Assembly (NCBI GenBank): GCA_045863295.1 | Contig: BTWA01000013.1 | Span: 64,001-128,000, forward strand | Length of the DNA stretch: 64,000 nt | Source: Candidatus Hydrogenedentota bacterium | GTDB taxonomy: Bacteria; Hydrogenedentota; Hydrogenedentia; Hydrogenedentales; SLHB01 | Reading direction: 5' to 3' | In this document: in pieces, positions 29,677 through 39,206 of the stretch | How positions within the stretch are numbered: position 1 is the stretch's first letter | How the letters are laid out: each line of letters opens with the position of its first letter | Position numbers and translations under genes: made by a program | Notes under the pieces: generated by a model | Told to the model about the DNA's origin: nothing | What the model saw: only the letters and a program-made list of their open reading frames with translations | The model's database searches: none

Positions 29677-30287
29677 TTGGTTTCCTCCCGGATTCCTTTC
29701 TTTTCCGCGTTGCTTGGATCGATCCAGACAAACAATTTCGTGCCCCGGACCGCCACGATTCCCACGGGCGTCTCCATTTTCACGGAGTCCGGCGACAATT
29801 TCGCAATTACCCCGCTCACGTACGAAAACGTACCCTTTACCAATTGCGTTACCAGGGAGTAATTCTCGTCGATTGGCTCGAACGCGTAGTCCTTCAATTT
29901 AATTTCGCTGGAAACTCCCAGCGCCAGCATGGAATCGTCGCGCAGAACTATTCCTACGTGGCCATCGTCGGCGGTGCGAACGGCATCGGCTTCAAACAGC
30001 CGCTCCCCGACGTCTGCTTCCAATTCGCTTCCCTCGCGCAACACATACGCTTTGCCCTTGACCTTGGTGATGCTGCCTATGGCCGACGCATTTTCCGGGT
30101 CGTTATCCGTTTCCTGGGCCGCAGCCAAGTCCGTTCGGCCCGAACCGGATGGTTGGGTGACAACTGGGTCGTCAGGTGTGGATTCGGGGGGCGAGTGCGG
30201 CTCCGGCGTTCCGGCCAGCGCCGACTGCCAAGTCCCAGCCAGCACCAGCCCTAGGACTGTGAAAATACGAAAGTCGAATCGTTGCAT
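29673..30287 (-). CDS. Exported FecR-domain protein
   Basis: AGGAG RBS, signal peptide, D.VRT, TPVGIVAVRGT FecR motif. Confidence 0.85.
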   Translation of the reverse strand: MQRFDFRIFTVLGLVLAGTWQSALAGTPEPHSPPESTPDDPVVTQPSGSGRTDLAAAQETDNDPENASAIGSITKVKGKAYVLREGSELEADVGERLFEADAVRTADDGHVGIVLRDDSMLALGVSSEIKLKDYAFEPIDENYSLVTQLVKGTFSYVSGVIAKLSPDSVKMETPVGIVAVRGTKLFVWIDPSNAEKKGIREETK

Positions 30288-30752
30288 GGCGTTACTCCTC
30301 CTGGGTATATATCCGGCAGGAATTCCGGCCGGCATAACACTACCCGTTGTCTGCCAGAACCGCCTTCACGCCGTGGATGCGAGGGCATCCACAATTCAAT
30401 TCGAGTATTCTGATCCACGCCGCATGCATTTCCACGACCCGCACTGCGCTGGAAATAGGCCAATCCCGTACAGCCCTGCCAGTATTACGGGAATTCCGTT
30501 GCCTCAGAAGTGTACCACAGCGAGTTCCAAACTGTAACTCAATTTGCCGGCAATCCATCGCCAGAATGGAGAAACGTGCGGTTTGTCACGAAGGGGGGAA
30601 ATCCGCCATCATAGGAGCAGGTGCGTCCGCCGGGGCGTACCCACGGAGCCGATGACGCAGGAGGCAACTTCGCCTCCCCACGGGCGATCAATCGAGATAC
30701 GATTCGAGGTTCCGCAGGGAGCCTCAAGCCATTCCGAAGGAGGAAGAGTTCA

Positions 30753-32147
30753 ATGCCAGATCAGAACGATGTCAGCCGCCGGGATTTTATGCAGGGAGCG
30801 GCCAAAGCGGCCGGCGTGGCGGCCGGCGCCGGAGCCTTGGCGCAAGCCGCCAATGCCGACGTGTACAAGCGGATTCTTCCCCAGACCGTCTTGGGCGCCA
30901 ACGAAAAACTTCTCAGCGGCCATATCGGCGTGGGGCAAATGGGTAAACGCGATCTGCAATTCGTAATGCTGCGGGAAGACGTTCAGCCGGTCGCCGTGTG
31001 CGACTTGTTTCCGCCCAATTTGGACCAGGCAACTCAGATCATTTCCGCGAAATATCCCGAGCCCACGAAACACACTTATTTCGAAGAAGTGATCGCGAAC
31101 AAAGACATCGACATCATCGTCGTGGTGACTCCCGACCATTGGCATACCGTCCCAACGCTTATGGCGTTCGAAGCCGGCAAGGATGTGTATTGCGAAAAAC
31201 CCATGTCCACGACCATCGAGGAAGGCCAGGCCATCGTCGCATCCGCGAAAGAGCATGACCGCATTTATCAATCCGGCACGATGCAGCGTAGCGGCGTGTA
31301 TTTTCAGGAAGCCGTCAAAATGGTGCAAGACGGCTATATCGGCAAAATTGGCCGCGTCGAGACCTTCAACTACGACACGGGCACGGTCAAAGGTATTGGA
31401 AATCCGCCAGACGAACCCGCGCCGTCATGGCTTGATTGGGAGCGGTACGTTGGCTGGACGCGCACTGTTCCGTTCAACAAAAACCGTTTTCAATACAATT
31501 TCCGCTGGTTTACGGAGTACTCCGGTGGAAAGATTACGGACTGGGGCGCCCACTTGCTCGATATTGCCATCTGGGCCATGGGCGAAGACAAACAGCCGAA
31601 AGCGGTGACCGCGGGCGGCGGCAACTTCGTTCTCGAAGACAACCGCACCACGCCTGATACGTTGAACGTATCCTGGGAGTTCGACAACTACCTCCTGACC
31701 TTCTCCAACATGGCCTGGAATCCCTATCCTGAGATGAAAGGTCCCGGGCACGGCATCTATTTCCACGGCACGCTGGGCAGCATGCTCGTGGATCGGCGCG
31801 GCTATCAGGTGTTCCCGTTCCGGGACAACGGCGGTTGCGAACCGGTCAGCAAACTGGACGCGCGGGAAATGGACATGAACACCGGTCATTGGGAAAACTT
31901 CATCCAGTGCGTGCGCGATCACAAGCCCACAATCTGCAACCCCGAAGTGGCCTACAACACGATTCGCACCTGCGTTACCGGCAAGGCCGCTTACCTCGCC
32001 AACGCCAAGCTGCAATGGGACGCGCTTGCACAAAAGTTCAAGGGTGGCGACCCCGACGCGGTGAAGGTCGGCAATGAGTGGCTCTATAAGCCGTACGAAA
32101 ACGGATGGTCGCTCAAAGCACCCCACCATCCTAATTTGAAAGCATAA
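30753..32147 (+). CDS. Tat-exported Gfo/Idh/MocA oxidoreductase
   Basis: AAGGAGG RBS; SRRDFM, IGVGQMG, TPDHWH, YCEKP, DWGAHLLD. Confidence 0.92.
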   Translation: MPDQNDVSRRDFMQGAAKAAGVAAGAGALAQAANADVYKRILPQTVLGANEKLLSGHIGVGQMGKRDLQFVMLREDVQPVAVCDLFPPNLDQATQIISAKYPEPTKHTYFEEVIANKDIDIIVVVTPDHWHTVPTLMAFEAGKDVYCEKPMSTTIEEGQAIVASAKEHDRIYQSGTMQRSGVYFQEAVKMVQDGYIGKIGRVETFNYDTGTVKGIGNPPDEPAPSWLDWERYVGWTRTVPFNKNRFQYNFRWFTEYSGGKITDWGAHLLDIAIWAMGEDKQPKAVTAGGGNFVLEDNRTTPDTLNVSWEFDNYLLTFSNMAWNPYPEMKGPGHGIYFHGTLGSMLVDRRGYQVFPFRDNGGCEPVSKLDAREMDMNTGHWENFIQCVRDHKPTICNPEVAYNTIRTCVTGKAAYLANAKLQWDALAQKFKGGDPDAVKVGNEWLYKPYENGWSLKAPHHPNLKA

Positions 32148-32184
32148 GAAAGAAGTTGACGCGGCAATCGGCCGCGTTCATGCA

Positions 32185-32232
32185 CCGCCGGCGCGTTCAG
32201 GTTCCTCCTGGAAGCGTCGGCGGCTTTGTTTT
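32185..32232 (+). terminator. Probable intrinsic terminator
   Basis: CCGCCGGCGCGTTCAGG...CCTGGAAGCGTCGGCGG imperfect stem followed by CTTTGTTTT. Confidence 0.55.
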
Positions 32233-32424
32233 CCGGGATTGTAGTTCAACATCAACCCATGCATGCTCCCCTTGGCTCGATGACGGCATACCTCAAGAAT
32301 GCATCCCTCCACCGTTTTGGCGTCTTACCGCAACCTCTGATATTGTCAATGCACTGCGCCGTGGCTTTCGGTGCGTCGGGGGACGTGCCGGCGATAGATT
32401 AATCCCGGCGCAAGGGGGCACACG

Positions 32425-33864
32425 ATGAGCGCGAACATCCACCAGCGCTATTCCGAACGGCTGCGCCGCTACACCACCGCGATGCACAATCAGAAACCCG
32501 ATCGCGTACCGCTGCGGCCTTTCGTCGCTGAATTTGCCGCCAAGTACGCAGGGTTCACCTGCCAGCAAGCGACGCACGATTTCGAGGGCGCACTGGCGGC
32601 AACACGAAAATGCGCGGCCGATTTCGATTGGGACGCGACGGTCGGCAACATGATTTACGTGTGGACCGGGCTGACCGAGGCAATCGGCCTCACGTACTAC
32701 GGCGCGCCCGGGATCCACGTGCCCGCGGATGTCGGATTTCAGTATCGAGAGCCCGAGGAAGACAACGCGCATATGCGCGCCGACGAGTATGACGCCCTGA
32801 TTGCCGACCCTTCAGGGTTTCTCTTCAATACGTGGTTGCCGCGCGTATCGAAGGATGTCGCGCCTATTGGTACGCCATCGACGTACCGCAATAATCTCGC
32901 GCTGGTCAAAGGCGGCATGGCCATGCTGCACTACTTCACAGCGCTCGGCGCCCAGAACGAGCGGCTAAAGAACGAGTGCGGGACCGTGTCCGCGATTGGC
33001 GGCATTCTGAAAGCGCCACTGGATATTCTTGGTGACAAACTGCGCGGGTACTATGGTCTCGCCCACGATCTCATCGAACAGCCGGCAAAGGTGCTGGCCG
33101 CGTGCCGGGCGTTGATGCCACACCTGATGCACGTCGCACTTACCAGCGCCGATCCCGATAGGATTGTGCCCATCACGATCTGGATGCACCGTGGGTGCGT
33201 GCCCTTTGTGACGCCGCACACATTCGAGACGATATATTGGCCCACACTGCGGCCCATCGTGGAGACGCTGTGGGCGCACGGGCATCAGGTACTTTTCTAC
33301 GCCGAGGGCAATTGGGATGCTCACCTGGATACATTCACGGAATTACCCGAACGCAGCATCATTTTTCATATCGACCGCAGCGACTACCGCAAGGCCCACA
33401 AGGCACTGCATCACAAATTTGCGCTAAGCGGCGGTGTGCCAAACACGGTTCTTGCGTTGGGTACGCCGCAGGAAGTGCGTGATGGGTGCAAACGGCTTAT
33501 CGACGAAATCGGCGCCGATGGCGGTTACATCATGGATGCGAGCGCAATCGTGCAGAACGACGCGACGGTAGAAAACATGCGCGCGTTGACAGACTTCACG
33601 CAAGAGTACGGCGTGTATCGCAATGGGCCCAGCGTGGAATCGTTGCCTGCGCCGTTCGCCAAGCCGCGCGATGAAGATGCGATACGGCGGTGGGCCAAGG
33701 AGTTCCCTGACTCGAACCCAACGCCGGGCGTTTGCGTACCCTGGGAGGTCAAGCAGCGTGAATTCGACCACGTGATCGGCGACACATCGCTGGTGAAGCG
33801 CATTTGGAACGACATCGAAGGCTTCGCCTACACCTTCATCTGGCATTGTCTGGTGTCGTTCTAA
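32425..33864 (+). CDS. Uroporphyrinogen decarboxylase (URO-D)/MtaA-like family protein
   Basis: KPDRVP N-terminus, FETIYWPTL, GGVP..L..GTPQEV, GGYIM. Confidence 0.8.
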   Translation: MSANIHQRYSERLRRYTTAMHNQKPDRVPLRPFVAEFAAKYAGFTCQQATHDFEGALAATRKCAADFDWDATVGNMIYVWTGLTEAIGLTYYGAPGIHVPADVGFQYREPEEDNAHMRADEYDALIADPSGFLFNTWLPRVSKDVAPIGTPSTYRNNLALVKGGMAMLHYFTALGAQNERLKNECGTVSAIGGILKAPLDILGDKLRGYYGLAHDLIEQPAKVLAACRALMPHLMHVALTSADPDRIVPITIWMHRGCVPFVTPHTFETIYWPTLRPIVETLWAHGHQVLFYAEGNWDAHLDTFTELPERSIIFHIDRSDYRKAHKALHHKFALSGGVPNTVLALGTPQEVRDGCKRLIDEIGADGGYIMDASAIVQNDATVENMRALTDFTQEYGVYRNGPSVESLPAPFAKPRDEDAIRRWAKEFPDSNPTPGVCVPWEVKQREFDHVIGDTSLVKRIWNDIEGFAYTFIWHCLVSF

Positions 33865-33972
33865 TCACCGTTGCGGCGCTGAGGTAAAGTGGGAAGTCTA
33901 AATCAGAGGTAGTCGCATTCCAGCGCTTTGGGGTATTGACTCTGCCTCCGGCGTGGCTGTCGAGGAAATGAA

Positions 33973-34866
33973 TCAGGGCTTGAACGCTTCCAGCACCGGT
34001 TTGGCAATCCAGATGGATGGAGGCGTGATTCCCAGCACATAGGCCACCGTGGCGGCCGTGTCATACGTGTTCACCGGTTCTACCAACTCCTTGCCCTGCG
34101 CCACGCCCGGGCCGCGAATAATCCATGGAATGAGAATTTCCTCCATGGTCGCTCCTCCATGGCCCTTGCCCTTGCCTCCATGGTCCGACGTTATGATTAG
34201 TATCGTGTCGTTGAGAATGGCAGCCTTCTGCAGGCTCTGCACGACGAGGCCGACGTATTCATCGGCCTCCCGAACGGCGGCAAAATAGGGTTCCGTATGC
34301 CAGCCTTGATCATGGCCCGCGTGATCAACGTGATCCAGATGGATAAACGTGAATAACGGTTTGCGGGATTCGATGTAGTCGCACGCTTCCTTCGTTGTCG
34401 ATTTCGGCCCAACGGGATTCGACACATGAGTCGCTGTGTTCTTCTCGAAAAGCCGGCCAAACCCGGCCCAGTCGTGAAAGCATGCGATGTCCGCCTCGGC
34501 GTGCGCTTGCCTGATGACTGAAAACAGCGTGGGGAAAATTCCGCCGGGACCCTTCGCGATCGGGGTAATTTCAAATATGTCCGGTTGCCAGTCGTTGGAC
34601 GTTACGCCATGTTGTTCGGGTCCGGCTCCCATAATCATGGATGCCCAATTGGAACTGCTGCTGGTGGGCATTACCGCGCGAGCGGCGAATGTCCACGAAC
34701 CTTGCCGCATGAGCAGGTCCATGTTCGGTGTTTCCGCTTCGGCGATCCCTTTTGGGCTCAGCCCGTCAATGCCCACTATCACCACATGGCGCACCGGAGA
34801 GTCGCCCAAGGCGATGGGTGTCGACAAAGCGATTCCGGCGATAAACAGGACCAACCGTCGAAGCAT
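33973..34866 (-). CDS. Exported alkaline phosphatase/nucleotide pyrophosphatase-superfamily protein
   Basis: Signal peptide; VGIDG, PTSSSSNW, DHAGH, TSDHGG. Confidence 0.85.
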   Translation of the reverse strand: MLRRLVLFIAGIALSTPIALGDSPVRHVVIVGIDGLSPKGIAEAETPNMDLLMRQGSWTFAARAVMPTSSSSNWASMIMGAGPEQHGVTSNDWQPDIFEITPIAKGPGGIFPTLFSVIRQAHAEADIACFHDWAGFGRLFEKNTATHVSNPVGPKSTTKEACDYIESRKPLFTFIHLDHVDHAGHDQGWHTEPYFAAVREADEYVGLVVQSLQKAAILNDTILIITSDHGGKGKGHGGATMEEILIPWIIRGPGVAQGKELVEPVNTYDTAATVAYVLGITPPSIWIAKPVLEAFKP

Positions 34867-35095
34867 TCCATGCCCTCCTTCCAACGCGAAATATCAGCAT
34901 ATCACACGATCGTTAGCTCTGGATTTGTGTGGCGCGTGATGTGGCCACGTGGAAATAATCATGCAAAGGAGGGGCTGATCCAACGGTCGGGCAGCCAGGG
35001 GGCGATCACTTCAGCAACGGTGGCGCCTCCCAATCGCACTGAATCCTTCGCCTTTCCCGGATTGGACCTGCCAGCGAACGCGCGGCGATACGGCC

Positions 35096-36013
35096 TTACT
35101 CGAACATCGCGTTTAGAATCGCGTGCCCCGCGGTTGCCGGAAACTTATTGCCCTGCCGGACAAAAGCAACGTGGCCATCCATGTAGAGCGTGTTGCATCC
35201 GCCGGGCACATGGTTGTATCCGACGCCTCCGCTCACGTTGATGCTGATTTTGTCCCACATGATCGGCAAGTCACTTTGGGCGGTATTGCCGGAGGCGGGC
35301 GCATTGATGTTTGTCAGGAAGAATCGCTCGATACCTTCCTTCAGCCGCCGCACCACATCGGTTCCTCCGTTTCCATACCCCAAGCCGCCAAACCCCACAC
35401 TGGCGAGGTTGGCATCGTTTTCAAGCACGGTATCATCCGCGGGATTCAAATTGAACGTAACGGCGCCCAGAATAAACGACAGCCCGACCATTTGTGCCGG
35501 ACCGGGTATCGGCGTAGTCAGTTGCGGATCCGTCTCGTCCACGTTGTCCAACGCATAGCCCAAATAGTTGTAGCTCTGATCGCCATAGGTAATGACGCCC
35601 ACATACTGGCACGTATTTGAACCGTTGTCGGCCACCTTCAACAAATCGTTGTCGGATCCCGTGTCCTTGTCCGAGGGGCACAGGAGCACATCGGGATCCG
35701 TCAAGTATTCCGGATACACCGACACCATCCGTGGACCGAACGCAGGTTGATCCTGAAGCGAATCCGGCGCACATCCCATGGCGTTGGCCGCAGGGCCAAA
35801 AGGTTGGTCTCCGTGTATCCTCGGAAAGAGCCCATTGCTTTCATTGGAATACATCTTGAACACGAGACCAAGCTGCTTCAGATTGTTTTGGCAAGAAGCC
35901 CGTCGAGCAGCTTCGCGTGCCCGGGCAAGGGCTGGTAACAATATTGCGGCGAGAATTCCGATAATGGCGATAACCACCAACAATTCAATCAACGTAAATC
36001 CGTGCTTCTTCAT
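35096..36013 (-). CDS. DUF1559 prepilin-type N-terminal cleavage/methylation protein with H-X9-DG motif
   Basis: [62 protein letters not shown]. Confidence 0.92.
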   Translation of the reverse strand: MKKHGFTLIELLVVIAIIGILAAILLPALARAREAARRASCQNNLKQLGLVFKMYSNESNGLFPRIHGDQPFGPAANAMGCAPDSLQDQPAFGPRMVSVYPEYLTDPDVLLCPSDKDTGSDNDLLKVADNGSNTCQYVGVITYGDQSYNYLGYALDNVDETDPQLTTPIPGPAQMVGLSFILGAVTFNLNPADDTVLENDANLASVGFGGLGYGNGGTDVVRRLKEGIERFFLTNINAPASGNTAQSDLPIMWDKISINVSGGVGYNHVPGGCNTLYMDGHVAFVRQGNKFPATAGHAILNAMFE

Positions 36014-36054
36014 TACTGCCTTTCCAATGATCGCACACACTTCAACGTGAACGC

Positions 36055-36525
36055 TTATTTGCTCTCGCTGCCGTCTGGCTGAATCCTCGCCAGTTTCCGC
36101 CAGAGTGTATTTCTGCCGATACCCAACAGTCGCGCTGCCTTGGCGCGGTTGTTGCGGCAATGCCGCAACGTGTTCAAAATGTGCTCGGCTTCCACATCCT
36201 CCAACGTGCGAGGCGTGAAGCCCATGGCACTCTCTTGCCCCTGGGCGGCGCGTTGCACCATGATCTGCAACTCTCCCGGAATCAGCGGGAGGTTTACATA
36301 TCCATACACACCCTGCCGCATTGCGCTGATTGCTTCGCGGACATGCTCTGCCGCCGCGAGCACCACCGTCGGCGCTTCCGCCGCACAAGACAGGGCGCGG
36401 GTGATGTCGTCCGCCACAATAACATCCGGCTGTTCGTGGACAATTTCGTGTCCCTCGCGTTTCAACAACTCGCGAATGGTAAGCCGGTTTGCCGGGTCAT
36501 CCACTGTTATGCGCACGCGTACCAT
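36055..36525 (-). CDS. Degenerate receiver domain fused to Fis-type HTH
   Basis: [26 protein letters not shown], then [10 protein letters not shown]...[16 protein letters not shown]. Confidence 0.8.
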   Translation of the reverse strand: MVRVRITVDDPANRLTIRELLKREGHEIVHEQPDVIVADDITRALSCAAEAPTVVLAAAEHVREAISAMRQGVYGYVNLPLIPGELQIMVQRAAQGQESAMGFTPRTLEDVEAEHILNTLRHCRNNRAKAARLLGIGRNTLWRKLARIQPDGSESK

Positions 36526-36760
36526 GAACCGCCTGCATGTGCCGAGCCCAATCGGCCTTTACGGGTGATGACGTTGCCTTCCCCTCCAGCCTACAACGCA
36601 AACTCGAAAATTTCCACCCCAAACCCACATCCGGGCCTCCATTACCCTCGAAGGCGTTGTGCAGACCCCTTGCCGTGTGCAACAATTTGCAGGGCCAGCC
36701 AGTCTGGAAATGAGTCGTGGATTCACTAGACGCGCCGTGCGCATTCGGGGATTAGGCGTA

Positions 36761-37561
36761 ATGACCGATTATTCTCCCTCTCAGGGGCCCGGTAACTCGC
36801 ACCACGCCCACATCGAAGTGGATGCGGTGTGCGAGGTCTGCGAGACGGTAAATCCCCAGGACACGCTCCTGTGTAAGTCCTGTGGCAACAACCTTCGCGA
36901 CCAGCGGATGCGTCGGCTGCACATCGAAGCCGTGGTCATGCAGGAGGAGCGCATTCAACCCCGCAAGTTGTTGCGGGGCTTACTGGTTGCCCTTGGGTTG
37001 TTGACCATGGTTTGGGCCGCCGTCAATTTTGTCACTGGCGATGTAGATAAATGGATGACACAACAGGTTGCGGCCAGTGGATCCACGTCTACCGCTGCTG
37101 ACCCCATGGAATTCTGGCAGGGGACCGAAGGCGCGGCATTTGATGCCCTGATCCAGGAAGTCCGTTCGGTGCAACTTACCGAAGCCGACTTGCGCTCGCT
37201 GAGCGCCGTTCCCATTTCCATGGAATCGCTGCCGGGATTTTATGTGTTGAAGTCGCGGTCGGGCGATGCAGCACCCATCGTTGGGCAAGCTATTGTCCAG
37301 CAGGATGGCGACGGATTCCGGTTTGCCGCCATCATTTCCGGTCAGGCGGAAGCCCGGGGATATGCCAAAACGCTGGGCGCCGCTTCACTCAAAGCCTCGT
37401 TCATTGGAGTACAAGTCCGCAGCGAGTCTATCGACGCCTATGGGGCCGCGACGCTCACTCCGCAGGGTCTCATCGAATGCCAGGGGTTCCCATCGTCTGT
37501 GGATCCTACGAGTCCTGAGGCGCGCCCTTACACCATTTACGCCTTCAAATTGCCGCGGTAA
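36761..37561 (+). CDS. Zinc-ribbon membrane protein
   Basis: CEVC-x10-CKSC, then a TM and a soluble domain. Confidence 0.7.
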   Translation: MTDYSPSQGPGNSHHAHIEVDAVCEVCETVNPQDTLLCKSCGNNLRDQRMRRLHIEAVVMQEERIQPRKLLRGLLVALGLLTMVWAAVNFVTGDVDKWMTQQVAASGSTSTAADPMEFWQGTEGAAFDALIQEVRSVQLTEADLRSLSAVPISMESLPGFYVLKSRSGDAAPIVGQAIVQQDGDGFRFAAIISGQAEARGYAKTLGAASLKASFIGVQVRSESIDAYGAATLTPQGLIECQGFPSSVDPTSPEARPYTIYAFKLPR

Positions 37562-37577
37562 GACCGGACGGCGCGGA

Positions 37578-38042
37578 ATGACGACGACACGTACATACCG
37601 ATCCGCCGGCGGCGTAGTCATGGATGCGGCCGGTCGGGTTTTGTTGCTGGTTCGCGACGTGGTTCGCGACGGCTGTAAGGTGCACGAAATACGGCTGCCC
37701 AAAGGCCATATTGACCCAGGCGAAACCGAAGAGCAGGCTGCCTTACGCGAAACCTGCGAAGAATCGGGCTTTTGCGATTTGGATGTAGTCGCCGATCTCG
37801 GCGAGGATCGCAGCGAATACGATTTCAATGGCAGGCACTATATCCGGGACGAGCGATACTTCCTCATGCGCCTTCGATCGGCAATCCAGCAGGCCCCGCA
37901 GGCCCATCCCGGATCCGAGGAGGCGCTCTTTCATGTGGAATGGGCGCACGACTTGAATCAGGCGGCGGTGCTTCTTACGTATCCGAGCGAACAGGAGTTC
38001 GCCGTACGCGCGCGACAGTGGATTGACATGAACCTCGCTTAA
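37578..38042 (+). CDS. NUDIX hydrolase (Ap4A hydrolase-like)
   Basis: SAGGVV, LPKGHIDPGETEEQAALRETCEESG Nudix box. Confidence 0.9.
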   Translation: MTTTRTYRSAGGVVMDAAGRVLLLVRDVVRDGCKVHEIRLPKGHIDPGETEEQAALRETCEESGFCDLDVVADLGEDRSEYDFNGRHYIRDERYFLMRLRSAIQQAPQAHPGSEEALFHVEWAHDLNQAAVLLTYPSEQEFAVRARQWIDMNLA

Positions 38043-38049
38043 CACAAAA

Positions 38050-39153
38050 CTACGGAATAGCTTCCTCCGGAAGCCGCTTGCGCAGCACCACGCGGTCTGC
38101 CGTCACTTGGTACCCGTAATCAGCCAATAACCACTGCCGAACGATCAAATCCAACGCGGTGCGTACCCGGACATGGTGAAATACGGCCGGATTAATCGGA
38201 AATGCGGCCAATTCAGGCTCGGCAACAACGGTAATCCCCAATTGTCTGGATAAAGGCGCCAACACCTTGTCCAGCGTCGTCGGGTCGGGCAACATTTCGA
38301 TTGGTTCGTCTTTCTTCGGTGGTACTGGAAGATACACGTGCACGATACGATTGAGGTTCGCTTCCTGCTGGGCATCCGGAGGAACAGCGTTCAGCATCGA
38401 AGACGCGGGATTCCGGTTTTCCGGGTTGAACAGAAAGATGTATTCCCCGGTACTTTCGACGCGCACCTCGTTTACGCGGGCCGAGCGCAGAATCGCCTCC
38501 AGGGCGGCATCCAGCGGCACCTGGTTCAAGGTGAGTTCGCCGCATTCCGCCTGACCGACCGCGTTGTCTGCAATGACCGTAATACCGAGAGCCTCGCTTA
38601 TCCATTGAAACACGTTGAATAAATACAACCCTGAACCGAACGAAAAATCGGCCCGTACGTCGGAATACGAAGGGTCCAACGTGCCTACCACCACGGTCTC
38701 CAACAGCGGCTCATATCCCGGAGGGTACAGAAACGTATAATGCGGTCCTGTATACGCGGCAGAACCCGATACCGTAGTCAAGTGCTGGACCACGGCCTCT
38801 AGTGGACTCTTCGTGAACCGTGCTTCGCCGATCTCGATATCTTCAATTCCATTCATTATGACGAGGTTGGCTGTTGAAACCTCCGCCACCCGGCGCAACG
38901 TTTTCTGCAACGTTCCAATGCCCTGAGAAAAAGTAATGGTGTCTGGTTTCTTTTCAGACTTGGGGTCCGGTGTAAAGACCGAGGCGGGATCCGTTACTGG
39001 CGGTACGAAGATCTTTTCCTCTACTGGTGTCTCAGAAGCCGGCTCACGTTGATCCTTTGTCGCGCAACCGGCTGAAATCAAGGTGGTTACAACCAAAAAG
39101 CAATATATTGCGCCAGTGCAATTGTGCCGAATAATCGCGAATTCGTGCGTCAT
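38050..39153 (-). CDS. Lipoprotein with tandem STN/secretin-N0-like domains
   Basis: Lipobox ISAGC; repeated L..LS..LGITV(I/V)A...(V/P)L..AL..I pattern. Confidence 0.6.
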   Translation of the reverse strand: MTHEFAIIRHNCTGAIYCFLVVTTLISAGCATKDQREPASETPVEEKIFVPPVTDPASVFTPDPKSEKKPDTITFSQGIGTLQKTLRRVAEVSTANLVIMNGIEDIEIGEARFTKSPLEAVVQHLTTVSGSAAYTGPHYTFLYPPGYEPLLETVVVGTLDPSYSDVRADFSFGSGLYLFNVFQWISEALGITVIADNAVGQAECGELTLNQVPLDAALEAILRSARVNEVRVESTGEYIFLFNPENRNPASSMLNAVPPDAQQEANLNRIVHVYLPVPPKKDEPIEMLPDPTTLDKVLAPLSRQLGITVVAEPELAAFPINPAVFHHVRVRTALDLIVRQWLLADYGYQVTADRVVLRKRLPEEAIP

Positions 39154-39206
39154 TGAACAATTCCCCTACCGCCTCAATCCCCTCTGCACCGCGAATAGTT
39201 GCTCAT

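Noticed and set aside
30288..30752. Possible c-di-GMP riboswitch upstream of the FecR-OmpA-HD-GYP module
   Set aside because: Only an isolated GGCAAA is present; I could not build the two-stem GEMM structure; an Rfam scan would settle it
36014..36388. N-terminal extension of the 430-aa ORF, suggesting a fusion to the prepilin-like gene
   Set aside because: Overlaps the receiver-Fis gene in another frame; the prepilin leader MKKHG|F with an upstream AAAGG marks the start at 36013
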